Below are positions 48,534-59,344 of a DNA stretch of 64,000 nt, piece by piece. The notes below the pieces were generated by a model. The model saw only the letters and a program-made list of their open reading frames with translations, did not search any database and had not been told where the DNA came from. Within the stretch, counting starts at the first letter, position 1; every line of letters starts with the position of its first letter. This DNA comes from Trypanosoma brucei. Its lineage: Eukaryota. The translations under genes and the position numbers were made by a program. The stretch is from assembly GCA_000002445.1 (NCBI GenBank), contig CM000208.1, positions 2,624,001 to 2,688,000 of the forward strand. Reading direction: 5' to 3'.

Positions 48534-48944
48534 TTAACTCTCACATATTAAATCATCGTCTCGATAAACGTCGTGCCTCCTCGCTTCGTTACATTGTCTG
48601 TACTCCAGTATAGTTGCATTAACGCCATCAGATTCTGTACACCTGGCCGCATTCATTTGGGGTACAAACATTCTCAAAGATGGGCTGCACACTAACCCAT
48701 GGGGAAGACGAACCCACGTAAGGTCATATCGTTCCGTGGACACATAGGCAGGGCGGTGCATAGTCGGGTTAAAAACAACTGAAGAACTGAACTGACACGA
48801 AGTGCCATTGTAATGGATCCAATCAAACTTGGTAGTTGTTTGTGACTGACATCGCTGACATCCATTGAAATGTACGAAGATTATTTCCCTTTCGTGTGAA
48901 CGTGTAGCACCATCGGGGAATGAAAACCTCAAAAAAAAAGGCAT
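48534..48944 (-). CDS. Hypothetical protein, 136 aa
   Basis: Short ORF on the array strand. No motif. Confidence 0.3.
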   Translation of the reverse strand: MPFFLRFSFPDGATRSHEREIIFVHFNGCQRCQSQTTTKFDWIHYNGTSCQFSSSVVFNPTMHRPAYVSTERYDLTWVRLPHGLVCSPSLRMFVPQMNAARCTESDGVNATILEYRQCNEARRHDVYRDDDLICES

Positions 48945-49513
48945 GTTTCCACACTCCTCAACCCATCGGTTACGGTACTGTAACTACCAACACAGGCTCA
49001 GTCACTAATACACAAACGGGCACGCTCGCGCAATCACAAAGCGACTACGGAATTACACATAACCACAAACCACACCAATACTGTTGAAGGATTCATGATG
49101 AAACGAGCATGCAGGAGGGCTTTTGGAACAAAACATGCTAAACGATACACCCCAACAGAGAAAGAACCAAAAGTAAAGGAAAAGAGCGAAGCTTCCGCGC
49201 CGATTCTTCCCAGCAGGTACCGCGTCGGTGAAGGCAATATCAATATTACAAACACCCATCAAATGACGCGGCGAAGCGCTGGTATTGTTAAAATTAACAC
49301 CATCACCAACTCAATGACCGCAAAAGTTTAAAAGGTCATACTCGACCACCCCCGCAACCCACAACAGCAAATGTATCTCCGGTTGGTAGACCAAAAATGA
49401 TGACAGCACCGCCACCGTATGACACACAGCACAAGACACCATAGCGGCAAATGCGTCGGCAAAGGGTATGGGTTCGCCGCCGGGCACCATCACTGGTCCA
49501 TAACACAGGCAGT

Positions 49514-51010
49514 TCAAGTGCGTGTTTTTTTCATGGCATCGACGGGGCAATCCACCGCGTCACCATCCTCCGTATCCACGTCACCGCCTTCGGAAAAATC
49601 ACTTCTCCCCCGCCTGCGCGTCCGCGGGTCAACAGTGTCATAGTTCCACTGAGAGAAGGGATCGGTGGAACCCAACAGAGCCCCTAACTGGCGCTGGGTA
49701 AGGTTGGACAACCCCCGCAACCACGACTCCTCGCATACACGAGCCGAGACACAAGACTCCGCATACGCCAACCTCACCACCTGCACCCGGCCGCTCCGCT
49801 GGAGCACCATTGCTCTGTCGCCACCGAGGCCCACCATCGCAAGGGGAGGAGACTCTAAGCCTACACGTAAGGCACAGCAACCGGACAGTGACAGTTTGCC
49901 ACCAGTACCATCTTCCTCAAGAAGAACAAACAGCACGTCGCGTGCCCCTTCGTAGGCAACAAGGATGCCCTGGGATAGTGCGACTTCTCCGCGACCGTGC
50001 ACCTCCCCGGCATGTACCGACGCATGCACAACGGATAGCACAGCACCTGCACCGCTGGTTCGTGCATCTTCTTCGATGAAGGAACCGGAAGGGACGAAGG
50101 GTGTCGTACTGGCGTCCCCCACCGCCCCGGTAGCGTTGTCTGCAGTCCACAGGTGCACCCACCCATTCCGGTTACCCACGGCGAAGTGCGAGTACCTTCT
50201 TTCTTCCACCTGGCATTGGATCTCCGCTATGGCGGTTACCACTGATTGTGGTGCTCCAGTCCACAAATACTGTTCGATTCGAAATGTTTCAGGATAGAGA
50301 CTGACTCGTGCGTGACAATCCCTGTCACAAGTAAACAGGCGACGCCTCGGGAACGGATCGGGTGTTGGCCCCTTATTCCCACAACCAATCCACGGAATGG
50401 CCGACGATACAAAGAAGGTAGTCAGCACACTGAAATGTTGAAGTAGGAAGACATGAACCACTTCATCGGATGCCAACGCCAGCCCAGTACCTGTTTTCCA
50501 TACAAGCTGCAGTCGGAACACTTCACCAAACTTGTCTGCAAACAACACAGTTGCACCATCGCAAACGGCTACGTGTGTTATGCGCTTTGTGTGAGGCCGC
50601 GAGCGGAACAGTAGCGTAGCATTGTCAACGGTAGCATTCCCCAGTTGCAAGGAATGAGCATTTGCCCGCCTTGCGGACGATACGTCCTGCACCGCTATAA
50701 ACTTACCGTCGCCACCGGAAACAAGGCACAGACGCTCGTCAGGGGCACGAAGGAACGACATACCACGAACTATCTGGCCACCGCAGAGGACAACTACTGC
50801 TTCCTCTTCAGCACCGTCGCGGATGGCGACGAGAATTTCCGTCTCGACGCAGAGGGCAACAGCGGAACCATCACACAGAGAACAGACTGAAAGTGACCCT
50901 GCCCCACGACCAGCAACACACGAGATCATGTCCTTTACCTTGTCAACAGCAGAAAAGAGCCAACCACAACGAAAGGGGACCAAAAGCAGTGAAACACGGT
51001 GGGCAGACAA
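49514..51010 (-). CDS. WD40/beta-propeller protein resembling WDR4/Trm82 (non-catalytic subunit of tRNA m7G methyltransferase), 498 aa
   Basis: Contains the ADKFGEVF motif typical of Trm82/WDR4 (ADKFGDVY) and repeated hydrophobic beta-strand-like segments. Assignment by eye only. Confidence 0.45.
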   Translation of the reverse strand: MSAHRVSLLLVPFRCGWLFSAVDKVKDMISCVAGRGAGSLSVCSLCDGSAVALCVETEILVAIRDGAEEEAVVVLCGGQIVRGMSFLRAPDERLCLVSGGDGKFIAVQDVSSARRANAHSLQLGNATVDNATLLFRSRPHTKRITHVAVCDGATVLFADKFGEVFRLQLVWKTGTGLALASDEVVHVFLLQHFSVLTTFFVSSAIPWIGCGNKGPTPDPFPRRRLFTCDRDCHARVSLYPETFRIEQYLWTGAPQSVVTAIAEIQCQVEERRYSHFAVGNRNGWVHLWTADNATGAVGDASTTPFVPSGSFIEEDARTSGAGAVLSVVHASVHAGEVHGRGEVALSQGILVAYEGARDVLFVLLEEDGTGGKLSLSGCCALRVGLESPPLAMVGLGGDRAMVLQRSGRVQVVRLAYAESCVSARVCEESWLRGLSNLTQRQLGALLGSTDPFSQWNYDTVDPRTRRRGRSDFSEGGDVDTEDGDAVDCPVDAMKKTRT

Positions 51011-51377
51011 AAGTAATGGAAAACCCTCCCAAATCCGATGTAGATGGCATGATACTGGTAGGGCTTTAGTTCACAATCTGTAGTGGTAGAGCTGTGCGTG
51101 AGTCGCGAAATATTTACCTTCTTGCCATCAACGTGACGAAATTCATCCACCACGGATACCAACACACATTCGCTAAACAAAAAAAAAAAACTATGACCGC
51201 GTACACCATCCACTACAATCGACTCAACTAAATAGAGTCATACAATACCCGAAAGTTAAACAACAAAGAGTAAAATAAAAAAAAATATCGCTCATCTAAA
51301 AAAAAGAAAACACATTGTCACGCATGGTTCTTGACCACGCTTTGACAATGACAAAAGAACTGTCCTAACCGCGTTAA

Positions 51378-52811
51378 CTACACTGTAGGATTTGGTTGGG
51401 GGCAGGGCGCTTGCCCATAAGAGTGACCCTGTTGTTGCGGTGGTGGCGGTTGGCCGTAAGTATAGCCTCCTTGTGGTGGTGGCGGTTGGCCATACGTGTA
51501 CCCTTGTTGCGGTGGTGGCTTCCCATAAGTATACCCTCCTTGTTGCGGCGGTGGTGGTTGGCCATACGTGTGCCCTTGTTGCGGTGGTGGTGGTTGCCCA
51601 TAGGGATAACCTTGTTGTTGCGGCGGTGGTGGTTGCCCATAAAGGTAGCCCTGCTGCGGCAGTGGTTGGCCGTAGGCATAACCTGGTGGTGGTGGTGGTT
51701 GTGATTGTCCGTATGTATAAGGAGAGCCATCCCCCTGAGGTGTATCAGGATCACTCGTATCATTGGATGAAGAGCCCTTACGCTTCAGACAGAAGCAAAC
51801 TACACACACACACACGGCAATTTCCAGAAGAAGGAGCAGCGATCCGGCCACGATACAAGCGATTCCCATTGTCCGATTCGGAACGCCGAATTCACCCTCG
51901 CCCATCGTTTCACGCTCGAGTGCGATGAAAGGATCTCCCTCACTGTATAACTGCACCTGAACCTTATCCTGGGGTACCGCCTCGTATCCCTGGGACAGAT
52001 GTCCAAAACTGTACAACGCGCTCTGATATTGGGTACTTTCCCTGTACCCCCCTTTTCCATCGCTTGCAGCGACAAGATAGAGCTTGGACAAATACACTTC
52101 CTGCTTGCAGTAGCCGCACTTTTCACCCAACCGACATTTCGAGCTTTGAGTAGTGTATTGGCCACCTTGTGAATAGCACTTGTTCCTAAATTGCTCGTGC
52201 TTCTCTTGACAGTCACATTTTCTGGAATATCCAGAACATTGAGAAGAACTGCAGGAGAACCATCTCTCCCTTGTTGCATGAAGAGGTGACCTCCGCGTGA
52301 ACGGTGCGACGGTGTTAATGTTCACCTTCACTACCAGTTGGCTGCCATCGGTGTTACCGCTAACCGGGACGGTGGCTTCAGTGTAAACGGACGGTATCGG
52401 ACCAAAACCCGCGACGGACAGTGACTGCCGTCTGACGGTGGCCTTCACATCACTGAATGTTCCAGTCCAACTCTCCAGGGGCTTTGGGTCGAATGCACTC
52501 ACCGCCTTCTTGAAATTGTCACGAGGGTCGTCGCTGGAGAGGAAAAGTACGCCAACACCGATGAGGACAGGGCCTCCAATGAGGAGACAACATAGGCACG
52601 CAACCGCGGTCTTGAAGAATTCACCGACAGAGTGCACGAGCTGTTCGATGCACATGAAGCTTTTCCTTGCGACGGCGTTAGCTCTGCACAACGAGTAGGG
52701 AAGAAAGGTGAGAGTAGGGTTTGGCGGTGGAAGCACGCGCGCACACGCATAATCGAAACTTACAACTGAGCACACGAAAAAGCGAGTTACAAGCACAAAT
52801 TTGTCAACCAA
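51378..52811 (-). CDS. Membrane protein with a Cys-rich ectodomain, one TM helix (MGIACIVAGSLLLLLEIAVCVCVVCFCL) and a cytoplasmic tail of about 8 GYxYGQPPPPQQ repeats (Pro/Tyr/Gln-rich)
   Basis: ORF on the array strand. N-terminal signal-anchor-like segment. 12-aa imperfect repeats at the C-terminus (51378 to about 51700). The first repeat contains PPGY. Confidence 0.65.
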   Translation of the reverse strand: MVDKFVLVTRFFVCSVVSFDYACARVLPPPNPTLTFLPYSLCRANAVARKSFMCIEQLVHSVGEFFKTAVACLCCLLIGGPVLIGVGVLFLSSDDPRDNFKKAVSAFDPKPLESWTGTFSDVKATVRRQSLSVAGFGPIPSVYTEATVPVSGNTDGSQLVVKVNINTVAPFTRRSPLHATRERWFSCSSSQCSGYSRKCDCQEKHEQFRNKCYSQGGQYTTQSSKCRLGEKCGYCKQEVYLSKLYLVAASDGKGGYRESTQYQSALYSFGHLSQGYEAVPQDKVQVQLYSEGDPFIALERETMGEGEFGVPNRTMGIACIVAGSLLLLLEIAVCVCVVCFCLKRKGSSSNDTSDPDTPQGDGSPYTYGQSQPPPPPGYAYGQPLPQQGYLYGQPPPPQQQGYPYGQPPPPQQGHTYGQPPPPQQGGYTYGKPPPQQGYTYGQPPPPQGGYTYGQPPPPQQQGHSYGQAPCPQPNPTV

Positions 52812-52856
52812 CCGCCGAGATATTAGAACCAGCGGGCAGTAGCAGTAGCGGATCCT

Positions 52857-53861
52857 TCACAACTTCTTTACTTCACCCACAGTCCTCTGCCGCATCAGCG
52901 TTAGGAGTGTCTCGACAGTGGCGCTGTCATTTCGCTCGTCCTCCACCTTTCGGAACTGTAAGCGAAGCTTCCGCGCCTCTTTTTCGTGTAGTTTTTGTTG
53001 GATGCTGTCAACATAATGCTGTTTCTCCCGGTTGCGAGAGCCGCTCATAACGTAGCCGAGGGACTCCGCAGCAGCAACGCTCTCCGCATCGTATCCAATC
53101 TCCCCACGACGCGGTGCTCGCTTATACTGTGCAAGGAACTCCTCGCGGGTCATTTGCAGTGGATGCTTTGAAGCAGCGACGCACCCTCGTGGCTCCTCGG
53201 TTTTGCTGTAGTCCGGTTCGTTGCCTTGTTGCAACGACACACCAAACTCGTCACCCCCATCATCCCCCGTCTGTGCACCTACCCGTAGCCCACGGCACTC
53301 ACCGTCGGCGGTGGCGCCGCCGCTACGTGGTGGCGCCGGGCACATTACATGACAGACGCCACTGTCGGTCTTGATAGGCCCTACACCTTCTACAGTTTCC
53401 CTCGCACGCGCTGCCTCGATGAGGGCTGCGAGCGCGCTGGGGGTTGGGGACACCCCTGCCGCGTCAACACGCCTAACCTCATGCGCGGTGCTGGTCGCCA
53501 CCTCTGGTTCGTGGTGGTCATCACATGGTGACGGAGACGCTGCCGACACTTCCCCTGCGCTAGGACTCTCTCCCTCTGCGTCGTAGCCTACACCTGAGGA
53601 GCGCACGAGGAACGCAACAGTTTCGCTCAACGGGCTCTCCCCCGTCCTCGTTCCGTCACCCCGTCCGTTCACCGTACAAGTTCGCTGGGGACGCGACTGT
53701 CCCGGTAGACTCCCTCTCTTTCCAAGCGCGGATAGTTCGTGCACAGCCAACGTGTGATGCGTGCAAAATATGTTTTGCGCAATAACGGAATGCACAACTT
53801 TCTCTAGCTCCCTACCGCGAGGTTCCATTGCAGGGCACCAAAAGGCACCAGTCCCTGCCAT
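52857..53861 (-). CDS. NKAP (DUF926)-like nuclear protein, 334 aa
   Basis: C-terminal PRRGEIGYDAESVAAAESLGYVMSGSRNREKQ matches the NKAP C-terminal domain signature (GYVMSGSRH). Confidence 0.55.
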   Translation of the reverse strand: MAGTGAFWCPAMEPRGRELEKVVHSVIAQNIFCTHHTLAVHELSALGKRGSLPGQSRPQRTCTVNGRGDGTRTGESPLSETVAFLVRSSGVGYDAEGESPSAGEVSAASPSPCDDHHEPEVATSTAHEVRRVDAAGVSPTPSALAALIEAARARETVEGVGPIKTDSGVCHVMCPAPPRSGGATADGECRGLRVGAQTGDDGGDEFGVSLQQGNEPDYSKTEEPRGCVAASKHPLQMTREEFLAQYKRAPRRGEIGYDAESVAAAESLGYVMSGSRNREKQHYVDSIQQKLHEKEARKLRLQFRKVEDERNDSATVETLLTLMRQRTVGEVKKL

Positions 53862-54111
53862 TAACGGACCCCTCGAAGCCTAACTTCCTTTATTGAAAGA
53901 GCTGCAAGAGCAGATTAGATGAGTGCTAAGTACGTTGGAGGCACAAAGCACTGCGGCCCAATGGACGTCAGCTTCACATTCACCCGGGAACAAGCAAGTG
54001 CAAAGCAACTCCGATAAAAAGAATAGTCAGGTGTGAAAACACACTGTGTCCGGCGGGTGCGGCGAAAAGGAATACCTTTTTTAAAAAAAAAATGTGGTGC
54101 GCGGTTTTTCT

Positions 54112-55398
54112 TTACTTATCCTCCCTTTTGGCCAGTCCAATCCAGAATGTTTGCCTTAATCTAGACGACACATCAAGAGCTTCCACCATCTCTATAAGTT
54201 CTTCCCTCGATTTCAGTGGTATACTCTGTTGTGGATGGCGATTGTGTTTTATTTTCGGTGACGCGTTGTGTTTCCGATCCTTTCGCACGTTTTTATCGAT
54301 TATTCTGTTTGATTTCTTTGTACTATCTTTTTTCTTCTTCGATTGATCTTGCCGTGTTTTCATTGTTTCAATTTCCGACGCTTCGATGGGGATGTCGTTT
54401 TTATTGTCACTGTCATCCAACTTCTCTTCGAAGTACACTATTTTCCCGTTGACTACCCTAAGGTCACCATCTTTTACCCATGTTGCATTTGGTATCGGTT
54501 CTTGTGGAACAGAAGAGGGCTTGCTGTGTACTGGCTCTGATTGGTCGGTGGTACACTGGGGGTCTGGGGTTGGTGGCGCATCTGGTGCCGACGTTTCTCT
54601 TCGTATTAACTGCGGTGCTGGCCGACTTAACGACGAAGGGACAGCCTTCTTTTCCAACCGTCTTTTTCTCGCTAACTTCTCGTTAAGTGTGTCACGAGAA
54701 TGAACTCGGAGAGCTGGGCCAGCCGTATCTAGTTTTCTCAATAAACCCCTTTGTTCTGCTGGTCGTATGTCTTGGGCCACACAATGCAACGCAGTCATGC
54801 ATGCGGGTAGGTTGTACCTTCGTGAAAATGGTAGCGGATGGCGAGAAAGCCGCGGTTCTCGTTTCGCTGGCAGCAGCGAGAAAGTTCGTCGTACTGCTGT
54901 GGGTGCAACACGAGCACAGCCCTCGTTTTTGCACAACTTATGGAAGTACTCAGTTGCTTCCTGCGTTCGACTGGCTAGAATTGTCAAATGATGTGGCCGC
55001 TGTGTGCCACTGAACGGCAAGAAGGCTGTACTCAGATCCAATACCGACGTATTGATGAAGCTGCCCACTATTTGAGCGGCGAACGTTACCTCATCAACTG
55101 CAGTCACCACCTTTCCTTCCTTTTCACAATTACCAGATTCTCCACGAATTTCAGCGTCGTAGCGCCGTTGTTGAGCGATTGCGAGTCTGCACATGGATGA
55201 GAGGATGTGCAGGGCAGAGGAGCGTTCCGTCTGCTGTATCAGTCGCCGTGAAAACAACGGACACAAAATGGTACGCGAGGCGACATCGGGAAGACGATCC
55301 GCCATCGCGAGTAGTTTGTTCCGGTAATCCGCATCGGATTCGATATTTTTAAATATGTAAGAAACTGACCATGGTACAAGTGCATCCTCAGCACTCAT
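54112..55398 (-). CDS. Hypothetical protein, 428 aa, Lys-rich C-terminal region
   Basis: Long ORF on the array strand. No domain recognised. Confidence 0.55.
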   Translation of the reverse strand: MSAEDALVPWSVSYIFKNIESDADYRNKLLAMADRLPDVASRTILCPLFSRRLIQQTERSSALHILSSMCRLAIAQQRRYDAEIRGESGNCEKEGKVVTAVDEVTFAAQIVGSFINTSVLDLSTAFLPFSGTQRPHHLTILASRTQEATEYFHKLCKNEGCARVAPTAVRRTFSLLPAKREPRLSRHPLPFSRRYNLPACMTALHCVAQDIRPAEQRGLLRKLDTAGPALRVHSRDTLNEKLARKRRLEKKAVPSSLSRPAPQLIRRETSAPDAPPTPDPQCTTDQSEPVHSKPSSVPQEPIPNATWVKDGDLRVVNGKIVYFEEKLDDSDNKNDIPIEASEIETMKTRQDQSKKKKDSTKKSNRIIDKNVRKDRKHNASPKIKHNRHPQQSIPLKSREELIEMVEALDVSSRLRQTFWIGLAKREDK

Positions 55399-55710
55399 CC
55401 GGCAAGAATCAAGTCACTCCTTACTATATCCTCCTAAGACCGGGGTGCTCGGACAGGTTAATATCACAAGTTTCGGTATGTGAGTAATGAAAATTCAACA
55501 GGTGATCTAACAAAGGGTAGAACTACCGTGCACTATTTTTGGTTGCAGCCACAGTGCCAGACGAGTTGAAATATTATGTTTTTGCCTCAGAGAAATGTAA
55601 AAGAAAAAATACTGAGACATCATAGCTGGTTGGATCCTCTGGAGATCACTTCAATATACATCACGCACCCATAGTTGCCCATGTGTTACCCACAACTCTC
55701 AAACTGATAA

Positions 55711-58449
55711 TCAGTGCAGAGATGATGCTATATCAGAAAGATCATCCGCAAGTTCAGGGTATTTGTCGGTTAGCTCTCCTAGTATTTCGGCGAATGCCCT
55801 CCGTTTTTCGTTCAGTCTCGATGCCTCAGCTGCCGTATGCTTTAACTCTAGAGCGGACTTGTACGTTCCCTTCTCTGCGTCACGAATGCGCTGGAGACTC
55901 GAGTTCTTCGCGCGTCGCTCGTCCTCTAAACGGTCGTGTTCCTTTTGAGCGACAACAAGTTGTGAGCGAAGCTCGGAAATCTGTTCGTCAAGAGTGTCTA
56001 TTTCCCGCTGAACAGATTCTGCCTCGGCCGTTGTCTTCTCAATGGAAGCAAGACGTTCCTTGATCTGACGCTCTTTTAGCTGCGCCTCTTGTCTTTTTTC
56101 ATTTAACTCCTTAAACATCCTGGAACTTTCTTTTTCAATATCCATTCTCGTCACTCCCCGCTTGTTCACTTTGGCAGCCTCTTGGATCGCCTGGCCTTTT
56201 GCCCTGATGATCTCCCGATGATCAATTGACTTCTGCATTTCTTCAATTAAAAACCGCTGTTCACGCTGCAGGTGACTGACTCGCTGTTCCATGATCCCAA
56301 TCTCTTTTCTCATTTTCTCTACTTCTGCTTTACCAACCGAAGGATCTAACGCCATCTCAGTTTCTTTAGCAACTTGCATTTTCCTCTCCCAAAACAATAT
56401 ATCACTTTCATGATTCATAATTTGTTCAAGGAGTTCGGTTTTCGCCTGTCTAGCTTCCTCCACCTTTTGCTCAAGCACGATCGCCTCACGCTTTTTTTCC
56501 TGGAGTCTACGAATGAGATCATTCTCGAGAAGAAACGCTTCGTTGGCAACGTTCTTCTGATCATCGGAATTTTTGCAAAGTTGAGTGTTTACCCGTTTCA
56601 TCTCTAGGTGCATGGCATTCGCCTTGTTTTCGAGGTTTGCAATGTCCTTTTTCTCGTTTGATATATTTACTAGAAGTCGATCCCTTTTTTGTGTTAGTAC
56701 AGTGCTCTGGGCCTGGAGCTCAAGAATCGCTTCGTTCACTTCATTTGAATTGTTTTTACAGTTAACCAACTCTGTTTGCAGTTTTATCCATTCCTGTTGG
56801 AGAGCCTCATTTTCATTGACTTTTTCCGCAATTGCTTTTGAAAGACTGTTAATGGTGGCCTCCAGGGGCCCTACGTGTTCCCCCTTGTCGGCGCCATAAG
56901 CAGCGACAAGTTGTTCATACTGGTGGTTGAGTTGGTCTAGTTGTTTTTGCTTCCTGTCGATCTCGTCGTGTCGACGGTGAATGTCCATTTGCATGCGTTC
57001 GACCATCAGGCCACGAGCTTGTAGCTCCTTTTCGAGATCGCCCAATGTGGTTTTCAGGGTCTCATTATGTGACTGAGCCTGCAGTGTGTCCACACGAATG
57101 CGAGCAAGTTCGTTCTCCATTTGTGCCACTTGAAGCTCCTTGGATCTAATGGAGCCTTTCATTTTTTCGATATCACTCAACGTACCGTGGCACTCTTGTT
57201 TCAGTGAGGACTGCTTACCAAGTGACTCGAGTATGTCATTTTCCATCAGGACCACCTCCTTAGAAACCTTCAACATCTTCTTCTCGATATCGGCAGCTTC
57301 GGTAGAGTATGTTCTTGCCTCGTATTCCAGCTTTTTGGCTTCTGCATCTGTTTGTTCAATATTATCCTTCAGCATCACGTATTCACGTGCGCCTTTCTCC
57401 TTTCTTTCCACAAGGACATCGATCTGCTTCCCTAGAACGGTAACTTCGTTGTCAACTCGAGACATGAATTCAGCCAATTTGGCAGTCTCTGCTTGAACGC
57501 CTTTAATGTCTTTCCTTGTCCCAATTATCTCGTTCTCGAGCACTTGTAGCTCATCTTTCTGCTGTTGCAGTGCCTCTTCTGTCTTTTTCATGGCTTCGTG
57601 ACGCCGTTGCATCCCAATGAGCGTACCCTTCCACTGTTGAACTAATTGTTTTTTTTCAAAATTAATTGCCTCCATTTCTGCCAAAGCTTCAGCTAATATT
57701 TCCCGAGCCTTCTGGGTTTCCCTTTGCTGGTTCTCGACCTGGGAGTTAACCGTGGATATTTCTTCTTCTAGCAGAACAACACGTTTCTCCAAAGAATCTA
57801 TAAGGTTGTCTTGCTTCAACTTTTCCTTCTCCAAGTTGGTTATATCTTCCTCTGTTTTGAAAGCAGCACGGCGCTCCACTTGAACTTCGTTTTTGAGTTG
57901 TTCATTAAACTGTTGGACTTTCACTAATGTTTCAGTAAGCTTTAAAAGATCCGCCTGCTGACGTTCGTATTGTCGTTGCTGGTCCTCAATGTTTTTCCGA
58001 AGTGTGTCTGCCTGCGCAGCAAGTTCCTCTCGTTCTTGAAGCTTTTCCTCGTGTTTTTGCTTTGTTGCGAGGTGCTTTTCATGGCATTTCTCAAGAGTTT
58101 CCTGCAACTTGGCAAGGTGTTGCTGGGAATTGTAAAGCTCAACACCGCATTGCTCCCTTTCTTTCTGAGCCTTAGATAATTCATTCTTTACTTCATAGAT
58201 CTGCTGCATGACCTCTTCCAGATGCTGTCGAAGTTGCGCTTCAATGCGCTTCTGGACCGGTGCGAGCACCGCAGATTCCGGGTCCAGGTCGGAAACATCG
58301 CTTGCAACATCGTATGGTACGTCGGACATAGATTCTCCTGCGGAATAACTGTAGTGAGCAAGATCAGTTGTGAAAAAAGCACAAATAAAGGTACACGCAC
58401 AAAAAAAAAGGAAAGCAAAAAAAAAAAAAAAAGAGCATAGTCGATACAT
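55711..58449 (-). CDS. Long coiled-coil protein, about 870 aa. True start probably MSDVPYDV with ATG at 58327-58329; the track start at 58449 translates the upstream pyrimidine tract.
   Basis: Heptad-like, Glu/Lys/Gln/Leu-rich sequence throughout. A purine-rich plus-strand tract at 58370-58440 lies immediately upstream of the MSDV start. Confidence 0.7.
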   Translation of the reverse strand: MYRLCSFFFFFAFLFFCACTFICAFFTTDLAHYSYSAGESMSDVPYDVASDVSDLDPESAVLAPVQKRIEAQLRQHLEEVMQQIYEVKNELSKAQKEREQCGVELYNSQQHLAKLQETLEKCHEKHLATKQKHEEKLQEREELAAQADTLRKNIEDQQRQYERQQADLLKLTETLVKVQQFNEQLKNEVQVERRAAFKTEEDITNLEKEKLKQDNLIDSLEKRVVLLEEEISTVNSQVENQQRETQKAREILAEALAEMEAINFEKKQLVQQWKGTLIGMQRRHEAMKKTEEALQQQKDELQVLENEIIGTRKDIKGVQAETAKLAEFMSRVDNEVTVLGKQIDVLVERKEKGAREYVMLKDNIEQTDAEAKKLEYEARTYSTEAADIEKKMLKVSKEVVLMENDILESLGKQSSLKQECHGTLSDIEKMKGSIRSKELQVAQMENELARIRVDTLQAQSHNETLKTTLGDLEKELQARGLMVERMQMDIHRRHDEIDRKQKQLDQLNHQYEQLVAAYGADKGEHVGPLEATINSLSKAIAEKVNENEALQQEWIKLQTELVNCKNNSNEVNEAILELQAQSTVLTQKRDRLLVNISNEKKDIANLENKANAMHLEMKRVNTQLCKNSDDQKNVANEAFLLENDLIRRLQEKKREAIVLEQKVEEARQAKTELLEQIMNHESDILFWERKMQVAKETEMALDPSVGKAEVEKMRKEIGIMEQRVSHLQREQRFLIEEMQKSIDHREIIRAKGQAIQEAAKVNKRGVTRMDIEKESSRMFKELNEKRQEAQLKERQIKERLASIEKTTAEAESVQREIDTLDEQISELRSQLVVAQKEHDRLEDERRAKNSSLQRIRDAEKGTYKSALELKHTAAEASRLNEKRRAFAEILGELTDKYPELADDLSDIASSLH

Positions 58450-58526
58450 AAAGCACCAGCTCGGACACCGTTTGCACGACCTAGCGAAGGAAAGTGGTCA
58501 GAGGGGAACCCCAAAGCCCATATTGC

Positions 58527-59162
58527 TCACACTGTCTTTTTACTCTGTCGTCGCTCTTCGCACTCTGCCCACTGAGGCATCTTGTTAATTTCCCGATAAT
58601 CGGGCAACGGTGCCTGGTCAATACCACTCTGATGTGGTCGATACTTCTCAGGAAGCTCCGGTATAACGCGATAACTGTAATCAACTGTTTTGAATTGCTT
58701 ATAGTATAACCACTCTTCTTTCGTATCAAATCTCTCAGGTGGATTTCCATTCTGAAACGCCTGAACAGCCGTTCGAATAGCGTCTCGAGTCATCCGTGGG
58801 ATTCCCCTTACACGTAGTTGTCGTTTGTCGCAAGTAAATAAATCATTCCAGTCCTTAAACGATGCCTTGAAGTCACTCGTGGGCCTCAAACGGTGTATAT
58901 CAGCTCTTTCTAGAAATGTCTCGTGGTTTGGTACATAAGATGTAGGAGGACGTATGGACTGTGGAACAATTTCCGATCGCTGTGTGGTTTCTATTGGTGC
59001 CAACTTGCGTGGATCCGGCATGTACGTATACTTGTACGACTTGTGTGGCCCATATGTTTGATCTAAAACAGTTAACGTTCTTTTCAGCATCCTTAGACCA
59101 CCCTTTCTCAACAGGCTCAAAAAAAGTGAGAGTTTTGAGGGGGCATGCGTAGCTTCTGACAA
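58527..59162 (-). CDS. Hypothetical protein, 211 aa (possible start at MLKRTLTV)
   Basis: ORF on the array strand. No domain recognised. Confidence 0.5.
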   Translation of the reverse strand: MSEATHAPSKLSLFLSLLRKGGLRMLKRTLTVLDQTYGPHKSYKYTYMPDPRKLAPIETTQRSEIVPQSIRPPTSYVPNHETFLERADIHRLRPTSDFKASFKDWNDLFTCDKRQLRVRGIPRMTRDAIRTAVQAFQNGNPPERFDTKEEWLYYKQFKTVDYSYRVIPELPEKYRPHQSGIDQAPLPDYREINKMPQWAECEERRQSKKTV

Positions 59163-59344
59163 CTTATCTGCTTAAAGCGAGATCTAGGGAAACTTACCAT
59201 AACACACAACACATTACCCGCTCCCCTTACCCGACGTTTCACAAGTTCATATTAGAGAGTTGGAAGCAAACAGGTCAAAGGATCATGACGACTTCTCTGG
59301 TACCGTGCTTCGCTTTTTATTCGACTACTTAATTTATCTAGCTT

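Noticed and set aside
51374-51763. His/Arg-rich 129-aa minus-strand ORF (HHRRNK repeats)
   Set aside because: It is an alternative reading frame of the Pro/Gln/Tyr repeat-encoding DNA of the membrane-protein gene 51378..52811.
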